A stretch of DNA of 64,000 nt from NCBI GenBank assembly GCA_002869895.2, contig NEWP02000009.1, positions 24,601 through 88,600 on the forward strand, in the 5' to 3' direction. Below are positions 46,363 through 56,851 of this stretch, piece by piece. Both the position numbers and the translations under genes were made by a program. The stretch's first letter is position 1. The number at the start of each line of letters is the position of its first letter. This DNA comes from Nitrospira sp. CG24E. GTDB lineage: Bacteria > Nitrospirota > Nitrospiria > Nitrospirales > Nitrospiraceae. A model generated the notes under the pieces. It did not search any database, was not told where the DNA came from, and was given only the letters and a program-made list of their open reading frames with translations.

Positions 46363-46445
46363 ACTCTGCTTGCGACTCTGTTTTCAGCACTCTAGAATGG
46401 CGCTCATTTGAAGGATGACGGCACAGACTCAACCCGCGCCACTCC

Positions 46446-47747
46446 ATGTTGCCAGACTTCGTATATCGTCCTAAATTTCAACGTCTACTGACAGCCTTGT
46501 GCATTGCGGCTGTGACCGGCTATGGAATTGTTCTGGTGTATCTGCGCGCGCATCGTGTTCGCGATTTCGACGTACACCGTACGATCGGGAGTTGGTTTCT
46601 ATCCGGGCAGAACCTCTATGGCAGTGCGGTGAGTTATCCCTATATGCCGACCAGGGCGATGTATTTTTCGCTGCTGGCGTTAGTCGATCGAGGCGTCGGG
46701 TTGGCGCTGCGCTACGCGACGGCGATCTTCTGTTTATGGCTGACCTGTCTGCTCTTCCATCGAATGATCAGGGACCGATTCACAGAATTGGCTCACGCGA
46801 ACCTTATACTTGCCCTCATTGCAATCATGTTGGCCGGCCAGTTCCTGTTGTACGACCTCGACGACGGCGGCCCGCACACGATTTTGATGGGTATGCTCGT
46901 AGGCGCTGTGTACGCGGTCTGGAAAGGCCGAGAAAAGCTTGGAGCGGTCTGGTTTGGATTAGCCATCGCGCTGAAGGTGACACCAGGATTATTTTTGCTG
47001 TTTTTCATCTGGAAACGTCAGTGGCAGCTGGTGATTTACACAGCCGTCGCGACAGCATGCTGGATCATTCTCCCACTAATCTGGATGGGGCCGGCAAGCT
47101 GGTGGTCCCACCAGCAGACCTGGACCCAAGTGGCAGCCGGGTCTGCTCTAGGCTATAAGACGCCGCTTGCGCAATCGAACGAGGACAACATTCGGAACTC
47201 TGGTATCCAAGCCGCGCTGATGCGCTACCTGGTCACTCTTTCTCCCGATCATCCCCTGCGACAGAACGACCCGGGCTATGTAGCATTTCTAGATTTACCT
47301 CCTACGCTTGCGCGCATCCTGGCCAGCTCCGCCATACTCCTGTTGCTGATCGGCTTCGGTTGGCACACCCGACGACCCTATGAAGGACCCGGCGATCCTG
47401 ACTGGCCGCGGGAGTGCAGCGGCCTCCTCATTTTGATGCTGTTCCTGTCTCCCTTAACATGGATTCAGCATCTGCCATGGCTCGTTCCGGCTCTGTACTG
47501 GATCGCGGCGAAAGCCTGTAGCCGCGATGGGCTGAGCCATCTATCCAAAGTAGCGATGGGGCTGTATGTCGTACTGACTGTCATTCTGAATTATGAAGTG
47601 TTGGGGAAACAAAACTTTGCGGTGTTTCTCAGCTTTAAACCGTTTACAATAGGCATGTTATTAATCTTTACTATACTGATGATTCAGAGGAAGAGTACCG
47701 CGAGCTTGCCGCATAGCCCAGCCTCCACGACCATCTATGCCAAATAG
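46446..47747 (+). CDS. polytopic membrane glycosyltransferase, GT87/DUF2029-like (polyprenyl-phosphate-mannose dependent)
   Basis: About 11 TM segments with an ALKVTPGLFLLFFIWKRQW-type loop; adjacent Dpm1-like synthase. Confidence 0.55.
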   Translation: MLPDFVYRPKFQRLLTALCIAAVTGYGIVLVYLRAHRVRDFDVHRTIGSWFLSGQNLYGSAVSYPYMPTRAMYFSLLALVDRGVGLALRYATAIFCLWLTCLLFHRMIRDRFTELAHANLILALIAIMLAGQFLLYDLDDGGPHTILMGMLVGAVYAVWKGREKLGAVWFGLAIALKVTPGLFLLFFIWKRQWQLVIYTAVATACWIILPLIWMGPASWWSHQQTWTQVAAGSALGYKTPLAQSNEDNIRNSGIQAALMRYLVTLSPDHPLRQNDPGYVAFLDLPPTLARILASSAILLLLIGFGWHTRRPYEGPGDPDWPRECSGLLILMLFLSPLTWIQHLPWLVPALYWIAAKACSRDGLSHLSKVAMGLYVVLTVILNYEVLGKQNFAVFLSFKPFTIGMLLIFTILMIQRKSTASLPHSPASTTIYAK

Positions 47748-48729
47748 TACGCCCTCTCCATCTCTACGCGATACCGGGCAAGCAACCGTGCGCTATTATC
47801 CAATCAGCCATGTTAATGGGAAGTCTGTCCCTCAAGAGTTGGGATTGAGAGAAGCGTTTGTGGTGCCGACTTTTGAACTGGCTGAGGCACTGATCGCCGG
47901 CGGCGTCGACAGCGCTCGTATTGCAATCAGCCAAATAGATTCTCCTGGAGCGGACTATCAGGGGCATGCTCAGGATGCTTCGAGTACGGAGCTGGTGCCA
48001 GCAAGGCCATTTCGTTTTGACCGATCGATTCTGATCGTGCTTCCGACCTACAACGAGCGCCAAAATCTTGAACCGTTGATTCAGATGATCGGCAGGCATC
48101 TTGTCGCTGACATTTTGATTGTCGATGATAATTCTCCGGACGGCACCGGACAATTGGCCGATCAACTGAGCCGTCAGCACAACCATGTGCAGGTGCTGCA
48201 TCGGGCCAGAAAAGAAGGACTTGGGCCGGCCTATCTTGGAGGATTCGCATGGGCGCTGGCGCGTGGCTACCAGCTCATCGTTGAGATGGACTGCGATTTC
48301 AGTCATCCGCCTTGGGACTTACCCCGGCTGATTCACCGGAGCGGGACTGCCGACTTGGTCATCGGGAGTCGCTATGTGCCTGGCGGAAGGACTCAAGACT
48401 GGAGCAAACGCAGGCGCCTTCTCTCACGACTCGGCAATGCCTACGTCCGGCTCTTTCTAGGAAAGAATATCCATGACTGGACCGCGGGCTTTCGCTGTTA
48501 TCGTCATGAGCTCTTAGCCAACATGAACCTCGAAAACGTGAAGGCCAAAGGCTATGTCTTCCAAGTCGAGATGACATGGCGTGCGCGCCAATTAGGGGCG
48601 AAGGTATGTGAACTTCCCATCCGCTTTAGCGATCGAGTGCAAGGCCAAAGTAAGCTCGGATGGCAATCGCTTCTAGAAACCATAACCGAAGTGCCCAGAA
48701 TGTCGATGCGGACGACCCCCTCTCGATGA
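47737..48729 (+). CDS. polyprenol/dolichol-phosphate mannose synthase (GT2, Dpm1-like)
   Basis: ILIVLPTYNERQNLEPLI, VDDNSPDGT, EMDCDFSHPP motifs. The GT2 domain starts about 95 codons into the ORF; an alternative GTG start is at 47995. Confidence 0.85.
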   Translation: MPNSTPSPSLRDTGQATVRYYPISHVNGKSVPQELGLREAFVVPTFELAEALIAGGVDSARIAISQIDSPGADYQGHAQDASSTELVPARPFRFDRSILIVLPTYNERQNLEPLIQMIGRHLVADILIVDDNSPDGTGQLADQLSRQHNHVQVLHRARKEGLGPAYLGGFAWALARGYQLIVEMDCDFSHPPWDLPRLIHRSGTADLVIGSRYVPGGRTQDWSKRRRLLSRLGNAYVRLFLGKNIHDWTAGFRCYRHELLANMNLENVKAKGYVFQVEMTWRARQLGAKVCELPIRFSDRVQGQSKLGWQSLLETITEVPRMSMRTTPSR

Positions 48730-48959
48730 ATGAACCAGAGTGCTGCCCCTTCTTTTGATCCAAGCCTAACTCTGCCCCTCTCTCCTTGGTAACATCGTAA
48801 TCGCACGACAGAACATCTCGTAAATTTCGATCTGTTTGATGGATTCAAAAAACAATGAGTCTGCCGCTTCCTTGAAGAAATATGAATGGGATCTGAGCTA
48901 TACTCTCACCTGTCATCGCCTTCGTCAGTGGAACCAGCTAACCAATCGATACACGAGCC

Positions 48960-49490
48960 ATGTCAAAAAAGAAAAAACGACAAGCATCAAGTGAGCAGAA
49001 ACCTCCAGTTTCCACAAAGCAACCTCCGTCAACACTTAAGGAAGTCGTCAAGTGGATATCGATCGGCGTGCTGATATGCACCCTCCTTTCCGGTGCGATG
49101 ACATTTGCCTCCATCCTGACCGTTGAAGCCGGCGCCCCACAAGACGCCAGCAATCCATTTTCTTCCTCTTTCATCGTCGGCAACAACATGATCGTGCCAT
49201 TATTCGGAGTGACTATTGCGTGCAAGTATCACGACGTGGAATTTGAAGGAGGAGGAACACTCGACAATAACGCCGCAGGTTCCGAAGAAACGTTTTTCCT
49301 TATGGCTTCTTACAAAAAGATTACTGCGCCCTGTCCGAAAGACATCAATATGACTGCTCCAATGAAAAGCGGAATTGTCACCATCGCCGTCTCCTATTCT
49401 CCGTTCCTATGGCCCTTCAAAACATCGACGATTCGTCACTTTAAAACCGAACTAGCGGCTGACAAGAAAATCCTCTGGCTCCCCCAATGA
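48960..49490 (+). CDS. hypothetical membrane-anchored protein
   Basis: Lys-rich N-terminus, one TM helix, AT-richer segment; no motif. Confidence 0.35.
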   Translation: MSKKKKRQASSEQKPPVSTKQPPSTLKEVVKWISIGVLICTLLSGAMTFASILTVEAGAPQDASNPFSSSFIVGNNMIVPLFGVTIACKYHDVEFEGGGTLDNNAAGSEETFFLMASYKKITAPCPKDINMTAPMKSGIVTIAVSYSPFLWPFKTSTIRHFKTELAADKKILWLPQ

Positions 49491-49539
49491 AACATTTTTT
49501 ATAGTCTCACCAGTCTGTTGATCTGTATAAGGACCCTCT

Positions 49540-51180
49540 ATGTCTCTGCCGATTGAAAAACCATTGTCCGATGACTTGTCGCGCGAAGTGGCCAGGCGGC
49601 GCACCTTTGCCATTATTTCCCATCCGGATGCAGGAAAGACCACGCTCACTGAAAAACTCCTCCTCTACTCCGGCGCGGTCCACCTGGCCGGGGCTGTCCA
49701 GGCGCGGTCGCATCAGCGAGCGGCGAAATCGGACTGGATGGAATTGGAACAGGCGCGCGGGATCTCGATTACTTCCACCGCGCTGCAATTCGATTATCAA
49801 GGGGTGCGAGTCAATCTGCTCGATACGCCAGGCCACCAGGACTTCAGCGAAGACACCTACCGCACTCTTATGGCGGTGGATAGCGCAGTCATGGTGCTCG
49901 ACAGTGCCAAGGGCATTGAGCCGCAAACCAAGAAGCTGTTCGCCGTCTGCCGCAAACGAAACATCCCCATTATGACCTTCATCAACAAGATGGACCAGCC
50001 TGGGCGCTATCCGTTCGATCTCCTCGAAGAGATCGAACAGACCTTGGGTATGACGGCAGTTCCTTTCAATTGGCCCATCGGAGAAGGGGCCGGATTTCAG
50101 GGCCTGTACGATCTTCAGGAGCCGCAAGTCCTGTTCTTTCAGCGAACGCTCCATAACCAACGACGGGCCCCGATGCGAGTGGAAACGTTTCCCCATCCAA
50201 GCCTGGCGGAGACGCTCGGAGAGGCCTACGGTCCGTTGCAGGAAGAAATCGCCCTGTTGACCGGCGCCGGCACGAAGTTCGACCGCGACCGTTTTCTTGC
50301 CGGTCAACTTACGCCGGTTTTCTTCGGAAGCGCTCTCACGAACTTCGGCGTCGAACCCTTTCTGAATGCCTTTCTCCACCTGGCGCCCCCACCAGGACCG
50401 CGCAGGAGTTCGGAGGGGCTGGTGCCTCCAACGGAGAGCAAGTTTTCTGGATTTGTGTTCAAGATCCAGGCGAACATGGATCCACAACATCGCGACCGGA
50501 TGGCATTTCTCCGCATCGTGTCCGGCCGTTTCGAGAAGGATATGATGGTCTATCATGCGCGTCTGGACCGGAAGATCCGGATGACGCGGCCGCACCGGCT
50601 CTTCGGCCGTGACAGGGAAACCATTGAGGAGGCCTACCCGGGGGATGTCGTCGGGTTGGTGAATCCCGGTCTCTTTATCATCGGCGACACCCTCTGCTCC
50701 GGCAGTCCCCTCTCCTTCGATGCGATTCCGCAATTTCCCCCTGAATGTTTCGGCGTGCTGCGAAGCCAGGACCTCACGAAGCAGAAGCAGTTCCAGAAGG
50801 GACTGCAGCAGCTTGAAGAAGAGGGCGTGATGCAGGTGTTCTATTCACCGGACCATGTGCGCCGGGAGCCGGTGCTGGCGGCAGTGGGAGAACTCCAGTT
50901 CGATGTCGTCGCCTCGCGCCTCGAGAGTGAATATGGGGTCAAGACCCTCGTCGAGCGGATGTCTTTTGTCCTGGCCCGCTGGGTGAGCGGCGATCCCGAC
51001 GCACTGGCAGGCATCTACTGGCCGCAGGACACACGGCGGCTCGTGGACCGGGAGGGCCGCATGGTCATGCTTTTCGGCTCCGAACGGCTACTCGCCTATT
51101 GCATGAAAGAATATCCTGCTCTGAAGTTTCAATTGCGTGAGGAAATGGGAGCTAGCAACTCAGCGAGTCCTATTTCCTAA
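49540..51180 (+). CDS. prfC: peptide chain release factor 3
   Basis: RRRTFAIISHPDAGKTTLTEKLLL, DTPGHQDF, NKMD motifs; 546 aa. Confidence 0.95.
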   Translation: MSLPIEKPLSDDLSREVARRRTFAIISHPDAGKTTLTEKLLLYSGAVHLAGAVQARSHQRAAKSDWMELEQARGISITSTALQFDYQGVRVNLLDTPGHQDFSEDTYRTLMAVDSAVMVLDSAKGIEPQTKKLFAVCRKRNIPIMTFINKMDQPGRYPFDLLEEIEQTLGMTAVPFNWPIGEGAGFQGLYDLQEPQVLFFQRTLHNQRRAPMRVETFPHPSLAETLGEAYGPLQEEIALLTGAGTKFDRDRFLAGQLTPVFFGSALTNFGVEPFLNAFLHLAPPPGPRRSSEGLVPPTESKFSGFVFKIQANMDPQHRDRMAFLRIVSGRFEKDMMVYHARLDRKIRMTRPHRLFGRDRETIEEAYPGDVVGLVNPGLFIIGDTLCSGSPLSFDAIPQFPPECFGVLRSQDLTKQKQFQKGLQQLEEEGVMQVFYSPDHVRREPVLAAVGELQFDVVASRLESEYGVKTLVERMSFVLARWVSGDPDALAGIYWPQDTRRLVDREGRMVMLFGSERLLAYCMKEYPALKFQLREEMGASNSASPIS

Positions 51181-51448
51181 AACCTCTCCTTCTTTACTGT
51201 CATTTCGTAGGCTCATGCCTGCATCGGCTATCCCCAGGGAAAGACTGGGATTACCTCCACTGTCGTACAATCTCCGACAGTGTCTCTATCGTGCCATTTG
51301 ATAGACCTCTCTCCAGAACCAATTTTTTAGACTTTTAGACTGCTTTACCTCAACCTCAGACGGCACGCGCCTTGCTCATCACGAATGCGAAAGATAACCC
51401 CTTCACATCCACGACCGCTGCCGGAAGGTCTACAAGAGGAGTATCCGC

Positions 51449-52150
51449 ATGAACTGGGTGAGGGCCATCGCCAGCGTTCTTGTGTTGTGGTCTAGTGCTG
51501 CATGGGGCGCTACCTTGACGTGGGATGCCAACAGTGAACCGGATCTGGCAGGATACCGAGTCTATCAATGCAGCCAACTACCCTGCACGCTCACCTCCGG
51601 CACGGCCTCGCTGCTCATTACCTTGGGAAAGGTGACGAGTTTCAATATCGGAACGCCGACCGTGACCCAGTACTACTTCGTCACAGCCTATGACACGGCC
51701 ACTAATGAGTCGGCTACGAGCAATCTCGCAACCTTCACGCCCATCGTCGCACCGCCGCCGGTTACGCCGCCGGACATCGGGATCAGTCCGACGAGCCTCA
51801 CCTTCACCGCGATCCAGGGGGGCGGCAACCCTACCACTCAGACTTTGAGCATCGGTAACAGGGGGGGCGGCACGCTCAACTGGACCGCCACAGACAATGC
51901 CACCTGGCTGACGCTGAGCCAGATCTCCGGCACAAACAATGGCGTAATGATTGTGACTGCCCTGACTGGATCGCGAGCCGTAGGAACCTACAATGGCAAC
52001 ATCACAGTCAGCGCCACCGGGGCAACCTCGGTCACTGTGCCTGTGACCTTTACGATCACAGCGCCTCCCGTAATACCCCCTGTCACCCCACCCCCGCCTC
52101 TGGTAGCCCCTCCGGTTCCAAGCGGTCTGCGCATCAGCATCGCGCCGTAA
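51449..52150 (+). CDS. secreted protein with FN3-like and BACON-like Ig domains
   Basis: Signal peptide, LTWDANSEPDLAGYRVY, ISPTSLTFTA..GGNPTTQTLSIGNRGGGTLNWTAT, Pro-rich tail. Confidence 0.6.
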   Translation: MNWVRAIASVLVLWSSAAWGATLTWDANSEPDLAGYRVYQCSQLPCTLTSGTASLLITLGKVTSFNIGTPTVTQYYFVTAYDTATNESATSNLATFTPIVAPPPVTPPDIGISPTSLTFTAIQGGGNPTTQTLSIGNRGGGTLNWTATDNATWLTLSQISGTNNGVMIVTALTGSRAVGTYNGNITVSATGATSVTVPVTFTITAPPVIPPVTPPPPLVAPPVPSGLRISIAP

Positions 52151-52157
52151 AACCTGC

Positions 52158-52260
52158 CCGGTTTGCCTGGTCTATTCGGTCTATCTGGTTTATCCGGTTA
52201 CGTCCGTTCAACCAAATAAACGCGACAGACAAGACAGACCGAATAGACCAGATAGACCTT
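52158..52260. repeat. phased-unit long hairpin repeat
   Basis: CCGGTTTGCCTGGTCTATTCGGTCTATCTGGTTTATCCGGTTACGTCCGTTCAACCAAATAAACGCGACAGACAAGACAGACCGAATAGACCAGATAGACC, between convergent genes. Confidence 0.85.
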
Positions 52261-52264
52261 GCCT

Positions 52265-53824
52265 TCACCCCCGCCCTCCGTCAAATCCAGAATCCCGCCA
52301 CTTTTCCAGCAAGGCAATGCGGCGCGCCAGTTGAGCAACGGTCGCTTGATCGACCCGACCGCCGGTTCGCTTGATGAGTTCTGCATTGAGTTGGCGATGG
52401 TCGAGACCGGTCTTCCGCGCCACGGAACCGACAAGGGCTCGATGCTGGTCTCGCAATTCATTCTTCCTATCATGGAGCGGCACTGCCGGCTCGGCCAGAC
52501 CCTGAGCCTCGTCTGCCGATTCCATTTCCTCCCCCCCGATCAGCGCATCCATTCTGGCCACCCCGTGCAAGGGCATGTACTCTTTCAGCGATGTGGCAAC
52601 CGTATCGAATAGAGTTCGCTGTACCGAGGGCATCACGTCTTCCAGCACATGGTCTCTCTCGGCCTTGATCTGTCTGGCATAGTGAACGAGCGTCGCATCC
52701 TTCGGCAGATACAACCAGGCCCGCTGCGGCTTCGGCAAACCCTCTTGCATTCTGACAAATCGCCCGACGACCTGGCGAAAATACATTTCGGTCAGGACGT
52801 TCGTCGCGTACACACCGACGCGGAGCCTCGGAATATCGACGCCTTCGCTCACCATGTTCACTGCAACCAGCCATTGCTGAGTCTTATGATGCGCAAACGA
52901 AGCGATCGTCTTCGATGCCGACGGATCGTCGGACACTGCCACATGGGCTCGGCTGCCTGTGATGCGCCCCACCAGTTCCGCCACCTGCCTGGCATGGTCC
53001 TGATTCATGGCGACGATGAGCCCTCCGGCATCCGGCTGTTCCTGCTTGCGAAGCCTGCGCAACTCCGCATGGGCATCGGTGATGACCGGCCCCAGCCAGC
53101 TGTCGTGCAACAGTGCGGTCTTGAGCCGTTCCCTCTGCAGTTCGAAGGTCAGCCCATCCGCAAATGTCGCCCGATGTTCGAGACCCTCCGAGAGCCACGT
53201 CAACTCTCCCTCGTAGCTTGGAAAGAGAATCGGACGACAAACACTTTCACGGATCGCCTCGGCATACCCATAGGTAAAGTCTGCCTGGCTCTCGCCCTGC
53301 TCATACCGCACATAGGGAATAGGATTATTATCGGAACGGAAGGGCGTGCCGGAGAGGGCGAGGCGAAGGACTGCTTCGCTAAAGGCCTCACGTAGCGCGT
53401 TCCCCCAATCCTTCCCCTCTCCCGCATGGTGCAATTCATCGAAAATCAGTAAGGTCGGCCGGCTCCGGCAGGCTCGTTGAAATACCCCAGGCGCGAGACA
53501 GACCTGCTGATAGGTCACGACCGCTCCGTGGTAGTCACGCGCTTCGATAGCCTGTTCGTTCGTCAATGCCGGATCCAGATGAATCCCGACCAACCCTGCG
53601 GCGGTCGCCCATTGGGTACGCAGATGATTCGTCGGACAGATGACCAGCACACGGCTCGCTGCACGATCGGCCAGATACTGATGGGCTATCCGTAACGCAA
53701 AACGAGTTTTCCCAGAAGCAGGTGTCGCCGTCGCAAGAAAATCCGGGCGTGCATGGGTCAAAACCGCTGCCGTAGCGCGGGCCTGCCACTCACGTAACTT
53801 GGCTGTCCAGGGAGCTAGAGTCAC
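52265..53824 (-). CDS. superfamily-2 DEAD/DEAH-box helicase (COG1061/SSL2-like) with a C-terminal helical extension
   Basis: Walker A TPASGKT, LLIFDELHHAG (DExH), SGTPFR, later helicase C motifs; 519 aa. Confidence 0.75.
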   Translation of the reverse strand: MTLAPWTAKLREWQARATAAVLTHARPDFLATATPASGKTRFALRIAHQYLADRAASRVLVICPTNHLRTQWATAAGLVGIHLDPALTNEQAIEARDYHGAVVTYQQVCLAPGVFQRACRSRPTLLIFDELHHAGEGKDWGNALREAFSEAVLRLALSGTPFRSDNNPIPYVRYEQGESQADFTYGYAEAIRESVCRPILFPSYEGELTWLSEGLEHRATFADGLTFELQRERLKTALLHDSWLGPVITDAHAELRRLRKQEQPDAGGLIVAMNQDHARQVAELVGRITGSRAHVAVSDDPSASKTIASFAHHKTQQWLVAVNMVSEGVDIPRLRVGVYATNVLTEMYFRQVVGRFVRMQEGLPKPQRAWLYLPKDATLVHYARQIKAERDHVLEDVMPSVQRTLFDTVATSLKEYMPLHGVARMDALIGGEEMESADEAQGLAEPAVPLHDRKNELRDQHRALVGSVARKTGLDHRQLNAELIKRTGGRVDQATVAQLARRIALLEKWRDSGFDGGRG

Positions 53825-54137
53825 TGCAACCTCTTCATATACTGGCTATTGCGACGCCCATAGAAGGACGACAAATGGGAAACCCTACGATTGTAGGAGG
53901 CCAACCCATGCGTTGATACTATATAGCGAAGGACACTCCACAAATTGCGCTACGACATCCCGCAAACGCCCCTTTACCGCTCGCCTTGCCGTCCCTCACC
54001 CTGCCCGCATCATATTGTATTCAGAAGAAAAATTGGGGATTTTATTCACAGCAATAATCGGTCCTTTTCTTGCCTCACTGAGTTTTTACTTTATGATGAT
54101 TTGAGCCTCAGGCCGAACGACCCCAACAGAGCACCAC

Positions 54138-56330
54138 TTGATGGAAGATCAGCAATCAGTTCTAGCCACCCTCCACCCTGCGAAGCCTTCACCCGGACTC
54201 GCAGGCACACCAATCCGCACGTCGTTCACAACAGACCAATTTCCTGCCTGGATGAACCGCCACAAGATCTGGATCGGCACTGGGGTAGCTGGGATCGCTT
54301 TACTCACGCTCCTCTTGTTGGGATGGACCGCGTACGCGGTTCAAAATCGCTTAATCCAGTCCAGTGGACATAGCCTGGTGCAAGCGGCAACGGATGCCGC
54401 CAGCAAATTGGACACGATGGTTCTGGAACGATATCGCGACATTCAGTTGCTCTCCACGGCTCCGCTCACCCTGGGTCAGAACCCGGAGGCTCTGACATCC
54501 TATCTCCGCAATATGGCGCAGGCCCACCCAGAGTATCAGTGGGTTGGCGTCACCGACTCCCACGGGAGGATCGTCGCAGCGACCGATGCGAGGCAGATCT
54601 CCCTTGACCGGAGCCAAAATCGATGGTTCCAACTGGCACAGACTCTCGATCGTGTCGGAATTCTGGATGCACAAGTACAGGACGAATCGGAAGGAACCTC
54701 GGCCTTTACAGTCTTTGCACCCTTGCACAGCCCAGACGGACGATTTCTTGGAGCGGTCGCGGCAGTTGTAGGCATCCCTCCACTGAGACACATCCTTGAC
54801 GACACTATGCAGGTGCTCAAGAACATCGAGTGGACAGATGCATCGCATCTTGAATACCAACTCCTCAATGAAAAGGGTGATTCAATCGTCGACTCCACCC
54901 TACGAGAAGACGGCCAGCCCAATGTAAGACAGCCCGAATCTCCTTCTGCAACCATGCTGAAAAAACAGCAGCAAGGATTCATCCAAGAGACCCATCATCG
55001 ACGTGGAACCCCTATCGTGACCGCCTATGCACAGGTCAACATCGCCCATGCCGACCCGCCGTTGCACTGGGGTATTTTGATCCATGTAGACGAGGCCAGC
55101 ATCCTCACCCCCATTCACTCCTTTCTCAGGGAATTATCGGTCTTCGCCATTCTTATTCTTCTCCCCCTGTTTGGACTTGTGCTGGGAATGCTGAAGGCCC
55201 TGTACGGAGAATGGGCCATCACAAAACGGGAATTTCAAAGAGCGACTGAGGCGGAATCCGCCCTGAGGAAACGGACGGAGGCCCTGGATACGTTGGTCGT
55301 CGCAGCACAGACCCTGTCCGCCCAGCAAGACATCGATGGACTGTTGCACCACCTTCTTCAGCTTGCAAAAAACAACAGCGGCGCACGTTATGCGGCGTTG
55401 GATGTCTACCACGACAACTCGCGCAAGACGACCCGGTTCTTGGCAGCCGGAAACGATGACCAGGCTGCCCAGGCCATTCAGACAGTTCTACTCAAGCAGA
55501 CAGCAGGAGAATCTTTGGGACAAGAAAGCGGCATTATCCGCCTGAATCATCTCAGGGAACATTGGACTGCCCTCGAGATTCCCACCGCCCATGCGCCTCT
55601 CGAATCCTTCCTCGGCGTGTCGATACGGTGCCAGGACCAATTTTTTGGCCGGATTTTTCTCGCGAATAAAATCACGACGCAGGGACTGGCGAACTGCTTC
55701 AGTGAATTGGATGAACAGGCGGTCTTAACCCTTGCAGTCCAAGCCGGCACTGCGATTCAAAACCTACAACTCCTCCATGATTCCAAGGAACAGGCGAGGC
55801 ACGACTCACTGACGGGATTGCTCAATCATTCGGCAACGCTCACGATCTTGGCGCAGGAACTGTCTCGAGCTCAACGTACTGATCATCCAGTAGCGGTCCT
55901 CATCGCGGACCTCGATCACTTTAAGAAGGTCAACGATACCTATGGCCACCCGGTTGGGGATCTCGTCCTTCGAGAGACCGCACGGCGCCTCCATGAAACG
56001 GCGCGGCGATCAGACCATGTCGGACGAGTCGGGGGAGAAGAATTCCTAATCGTCGCTCCCGATTGCGACTTTCATGCGCTACAGGAATGCGCCGAACGGT
56101 TCCGAATCGCCATCAGCGACAAGCCGTTTGAGACCACGAGCGGACCGTTGACCATCACGGTAAGCATCGGAGCGACCATCTGGTCCTCTGAGCACCCCTT
56201 AAATTCTGAACGGTTGAGGAAGATGGCCGACTACGCCCTCTACCGTGTAAAGAGCCGTGGCAGGAATGGGATCAACATCGTCCCCCATCCGAATACAAGC
56301 GAGGCGGATTTGATAAGGAAAGCCGTATAA
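54138..56330 (+). CDS. sensor diguanylate cyclase (periplasmic Cache-like domain, TM, GAF, GGDEF)
   Basis: GGEEF active site preceded by the RRSD I-site; DHFKKVNDTYGHPVGD; two TM segments flank an about 270-aa sensor region. Confidence 0.85.
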   Translation: MMEDQQSVLATLHPAKPSPGLAGTPIRTSFTTDQFPAWMNRHKIWIGTGVAGIALLTLLLLGWTAYAVQNRLIQSSGHSLVQAATDAASKLDTMVLERYRDIQLLSTAPLTLGQNPEALTSYLRNMAQAHPEYQWVGVTDSHGRIVAATDARQISLDRSQNRWFQLAQTLDRVGILDAQVQDESEGTSAFTVFAPLHSPDGRFLGAVAAVVGIPPLRHILDDTMQVLKNIEWTDASHLEYQLLNEKGDSIVDSTLREDGQPNVRQPESPSATMLKKQQQGFIQETHHRRGTPIVTAYAQVNIAHADPPLHWGILIHVDEASILTPIHSFLRELSVFAILILLPLFGLVLGMLKALYGEWAITKREFQRATEAESALRKRTEALDTLVVAAQTLSAQQDIDGLLHHLLQLAKNNSGARYAALDVYHDNSRKTTRFLAAGNDDQAAQAIQTVLLKQTAGESLGQESGIIRLNHLREHWTALEIPTAHAPLESFLGVSIRCQDQFFGRIFLANKITTQGLANCFSELDEQAVLTLAVQAGTAIQNLQLLHDSKEQARHDSLTGLLNHSATLTILAQELSRAQRTDHPVAVLIADLDHFKKVNDTYGHPVGDLVLRETARRLHETARRSDHVGRVGGEEFLIVAPDCDFHALQECAERFRIAISDKPFETTSGPLTITVSIGATIWSSEHPLNSERLRKMADYALYRVKSRGRNGINIVPHPNTSEADLIRKAV

Positions 56331-56398
56331 CAGCCTGTGCAATACCATTGCGACAACGACCGATGACTGATTGCTGACGGCAGAAACATAGAAAAGAA

Positions 56399-56851
56399 CT
56401 ACCCCTGACTCTTCTTCATCAAATACCTCACTCCATGAAGAATCGCAAAAACCGCGAATAGTCCTCCTGTAAATACAGCAGTCCATGTAACGATGGAATT
56501 TATCCCTTGATTGGGCGGATCGAATATTTGCGGATCCGCAGCCACATAGAGTCCACAGACAGAAGCCGCAACCAGCAAACGCCAGAACATTCTTGTATAG
56601 GTCTTCAGTTCACGCGCAAAAAGAGGCTTGGGCTCTTTACAATAGGGGCAGGGACGATGAACGATGCTGGCTGTAGATCGAATTCCATTTTTCCCCTCGA
56701 ACATCTCGCTCGACATACGAGGATTAATCGATAAGTGCGTTGCACAGTCCAGATCCTTGCCGCGCTTGCGGCATGGCTCCATCGCCGTTCCTGTTGTCGC
56801 CGATTTCACTGTCGACATGGCTCTACAATCCCGGAAACACTTGCGGACCAA
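56399..56851 (-). CDS. hypothetical membrane protein with CxxC pair
   Basis: PCPYCK followed by two TM helices. Start uncertain. Confidence 0.35.
   Translation of the reverse strand: MVRKCFRDCRAMSTVKSATTGTAMEPCRKRGKDLDCATHLSINPRMSSEMFEGKNGIRSTASIVHRPCPYCKEPKPLFARELKTYTRMFWRLLVAASVCGLYVAADPQIFDPPNQGINSIVTWTAVFTGGLFAVFAILHGVRYLMKKSQG

Noticed and set aside
49507-50733. 408-aa ORF on the minus strand
   Set aside because: It is antisense to prfC. It is a shadow ORF.
12687-52260. Possibility that the periodic repeats are CRISPR arrays
   Set aside because: The units are 7-8 nt and contiguous, with no unique spacers of 25-40 nt. Each locus is a single inverted-repeat structure under 110 nt. No cas genes are in the window.
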